The notes under the pieces: model-generated
Seen by the model: only the letters and a program-made list of their open reading frames with translations
What the model was told of the DNA's origin: nothing
Databases searched by the model: none
Shown here: piece by piece, positions 7,159 to 8,891 of the stretch
How positions within the stretch are numbered: position 1 is the first letter of the stretch
How the letters are laid out: every line of letters begins with the position of its first letter
Origin: a virus
Lineage: Duplodnaviria; Heunggongvirae; Uroviricota; Caudoviricetes
Direction: 5' to 3' (one strand)
DNA length: 8,891 bases
IMG/VR virus record: IMGVR_UViG_2778261689_000003
Position numbers and translations under genes: made by a program

Positions 7159-7360
7159 AATTACCGCCACTATTGAAAAGGAAGGTGGCACTCCTACTAA
7201 CTGGACAAGATATTCAAAATCTAAACTAACGAAATCAGAATGCGAAAAAATGCTCTCAGGTAAAAAAGAAGCAGGCGTTTCCAGAGAGCAGAAAGTAAAA
7301 CTGATAAATTTTAATTGCGAGAAACTTCAGTCCTCGAGAATTGCATTGTATTCAAATTAA
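7151..7360 (+). CDS. ydaC: YdaC-like small Rac prophage protein, 69 aa
   Basis: ATG 7151 is preceded by GGAGG (7141-7145) at 5-nt spacing and overlaps the ralR 3' end by 8 nt. The product MYKITATIEKEGGTPTNWTRYSK... matches my recollection of Rac YdaC. Stop TAA at 7358-7360. Confidence 0.8.
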   Translation: MYKITATIEKEGGTPTNWTRYSKSKLTKSECEKMLSGKKEAGVSREQKVKLINFNCEKLQSSRIALYSN

Positions 7361-7371
7361 AACTTCATAGC

Positions 7372-7387
7372 TGATTATTAATAATCA
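7372..7387. promoter_or_regulatory. Perfect 16-bp AT-rich palindrome TGATTATTAATAATCA upstream of the xis-like gene; candidate operator or protein-binding site
   Basis: Read directly: the sequence is its own reverse complement. It sits in the 78-bp ydaC-xis intergenic region, 52 bp upstream of the xis ATG. Confidence 0.3.
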
Positions 7388-7438
7388 ACATCGGGCGTCA
7401 ATTTCAGTCTAACATTGGCGCCTGCCAGAGGTGATGCG

Positions 7439-7654
7439 ATGGCACAAGTAATCTTTAATGAAGAGTGGATGGTTGAATACGGCCTGATGCTTCGCACTGG
7501 TCTGGGGGCCAGACAAATTGAAGCATACCGCCAGAACTGTTGGGTGGAGGGCTTCCACTTCAAACGAGTATCTCCTTTAGGTAAGCCAGACAGCAAACGA
7601 GGGATTATCTGGTACAACTATCCAAAGATAAATCAGTTTATCAAAGACTCATGA
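7439..7654 (+). CDS. xisR: Excisionase-like protein (Rac YdaQ/XisR-like), 71 aa
   Basis: ATG 7439 is preceded by GAGGTG at 5-nt spacing; the ORF-track start at 7415 is a TTG. The product [44 protein letters not shown]... matches Rac YdaQ as I recall it. Stop TGA at 7652-7654 is 1 nt before the integrase ATG. Confidence 0.8.
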   Translation: MAQVIFNEEWMVEYGLMLRTGLGARQIEAYRQNCWVEGFHFKRVSPLGKPDSKRGIIWYNYPKINQFIKDS

Positions 7655-7655
7655 T

Positions 7656-8891
7656 ATGTCTAAATTACCAACAGGTGTCGAGATTAGAGGTAGATACATT
7701 CGCATCTGGTTCATGTTTCGAGGAAAACGATGTCGGGAAACATTAAAAGGCTGGGAGATTACAAACAGTAATATTAAAAAGGCCGGAAATTTAAGAGCGC
7801 TGATAGTTCATGAAATAAACTCCGGTGAATTTGAGTATTTAAGACGTTTTCCCCAGTCCAGCACTGGGGCAAAAATGGTGACAACGAGAGTCATAAAAAC
7901 GTTCGGAGAGCTTTGTGATATCTGGACAAAAATTAAAGAGACAGAGTTAACAACAAACACAATGAAGAAAACGAAATCACAATTAAAAACACTCAGAATA
8001 ATAATTTGTGAAAGTACCCCGATATCACATATTCGTTATAGCGATATCTTAAACTACCGGAATGAACTGCTGCATGGAGAAACGCTTTACCTGGATAATC
8101 CAAGATCCAACAAAAAAGGAAGAACCGTGCGCACAGTTGATAACTATATCGCCCTGCTCTGTTCGCTGTTGCGTTTTGCGTATCAGTCGGGATTTATATC
8201 AACCAAACCATTTGAAGGAGTAAAAAAATTACAGCGAAACAGAATAAAGCCTGATCCGTTATCTAAAACAGAATTCAATGCATTAATGGAAAGTGAAAAA
8301 GGACAGAGCCAGAACTTGTGGAAATTTGCCGTTTACTCAGGACTTCGTCACGGGGAACTGGCAGCTCTGGCGTGGGAGGATGTGGATCTCGAAAAGGGAA
8401 TAGTGAATGTCAGAAGAAACCTGACGATACTTGATATGTTCGGTCCCCCAAAAACAAATGCCGGGATCCGAACAGTAACACTACTGCAGCCTGCTCTTGA
8501 AGCACTGAAGGAGCAATACAAACTGACCGGGCATCATCGCAAAAGCGAAATCACCTTTTATCATCGGGAGTACGGCAGAACCGAAAAGCAAAAACTGCAT
8601 TTTGTTTTCATGCCCAGGGTGTGTAACGGAAAACAAAAACCTTATTACTCGGTAAGCAGTTTGGGGGCAAGGTGGAATGCAGCAGTAAAACGTGCTGGTA
8701 TTCGCCGCCGTAATCCGTACCATACGCGGCATACTTTTGCCTGCTGGCTGTTGACGGCAGGAGCGAACCCGGCATTTATAGCCAGCCAAATGGGGCATGA
8801 AACTGCGCAGATGGTGTATGAAATTTACGGTATGTGGATTGATGACATGAACGACGAACAGATAGCCATGTTGAATGCGCGGTTATCGTAG
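7656..8891 (+). CDS. intR: Tyrosine-type site-specific integrase (Rac IntR-like), 411 aa
   Basis: N-terminus MSKLPTGVEIRGRYIRIWFMFRGKRCRETLKGW and the C-terminal catalytic region (RHGELAALAWEDVD, H-x-x-R in NPYHTRHTFACWLL, and QMGHETAQMVYEIYG carrying the nucleophilic Tyr context) are present. It is preceded by a xis-like gene, and its stop TAG is the final 3 bases of the window. Confidence 0.95.
   Translation: MSKLPTGVEIRGRYIRIWFMFRGKRCRETLKGWEITNSNIKKAGNLRALIVHEINSGEFEYLRRFPQSSTGAKMVTTRVIKTFGELCDIWTKIKETELTTNTMKKTKSQLKTLRIIICESTPISHIRYSDILNYRNELLHGETLYLDNPRSNKKGRTVRTVDNYIALLCSLLRFAYQSGFISTKPFEGVKKLQRNRIKPDPLSKTEFNALMESEKGQSQNLWKFAVYSGLRHGELAALAWEDVDLEKGIVNVRRNLTILDMFGPPKTNAGIRTVTLLQPALEALKEQYKLTGHHRKSEITFYHREYGRTEKQKLHFVFMPRVCNGKQKPYYSVSSLGARWNAAVKRAGIRRRNPYHTRHTFACWLLTAGANPAFIASQMGHETAQMVYEIYGMWIDDMNDEQIAMLNARLS

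Larger units (their letters stand above)
1364..8891. mobile_element. Rac-like lambdoid prophage segment (integrase-proximal end; likely cryptic or deleted derivative), continuing beyond the window
   Basis: Gene content and order int, xis, ydaC, ralR, recT, recE with a divergent YdaU-like/DnaC-like replication module, as in E. coli Rac. No repressor/immunity region is present between the divergent operons. Confidence 0.8.

Noticed and set aside
7378-7617. Minus-strand 79-aa ORF opposite the xis-like gene
   Set aside because: Antisense to a well-matching xis-like CDS.
8481-8798. Minus-strand 105-aa ORF inside the integrase gene
   Set aside because: Antisense to the integrase catalytic-domain coding region.
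8880-8891. Prophage attachment site (attL/attR) next to the integrase
   Set aside because: The integrase stop codon is the last triplet of the window, so any att core or flanking host gene lies outside the sequence and cannot be assessed.

Overview
This window reads as the integrase-proximal end of a Rac-like lambdoid (cryptic) prophage of an Escherichia-type genome, with an AT-rich two-gene cassette at the left edge. Gene calls rest on reading the supplied translations and on my recall of E. coli K-12 Rac proteins; no searches were run. From the right edge inward on the + strand: a tyrosine integrase (intR-like, 7656-8891), an excisionase-like gene (ydaQ/xisR), ydaC, the RalR/Lar zinc-ribbon toxin, recT, and a recE that lacks its 5' portion. 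Running the other way on the - strand is a replication module: a DUF1376/YdaU-like gene, a DnaC-like helicase loader, then two uncharacterised HTH proteins. The left 1.1 kb holds a TetR-like regulator divergent from a short adenosine-deaminase-fold ORF. Three things deserve a second look. (1) The divergent recE' and YdaU-like genes overlap head-to-head, so the whole immunity/regulatory region that separates them in K-12 Rac is absent. (2) An iteron-like repeat cluster followed by an AT-rich stretch and C/G homopolymer tracts sits inside the YdaU-like coding region, a lambda-O-style candidate origin. (3) The AT-rich TetR/deaminase-fold cassette has palindromes in its shared promoter region. No rRNA, tRNA or CRISPR array was seen, and no att site can be assessed because the integrase stop codon is the last base of the window.
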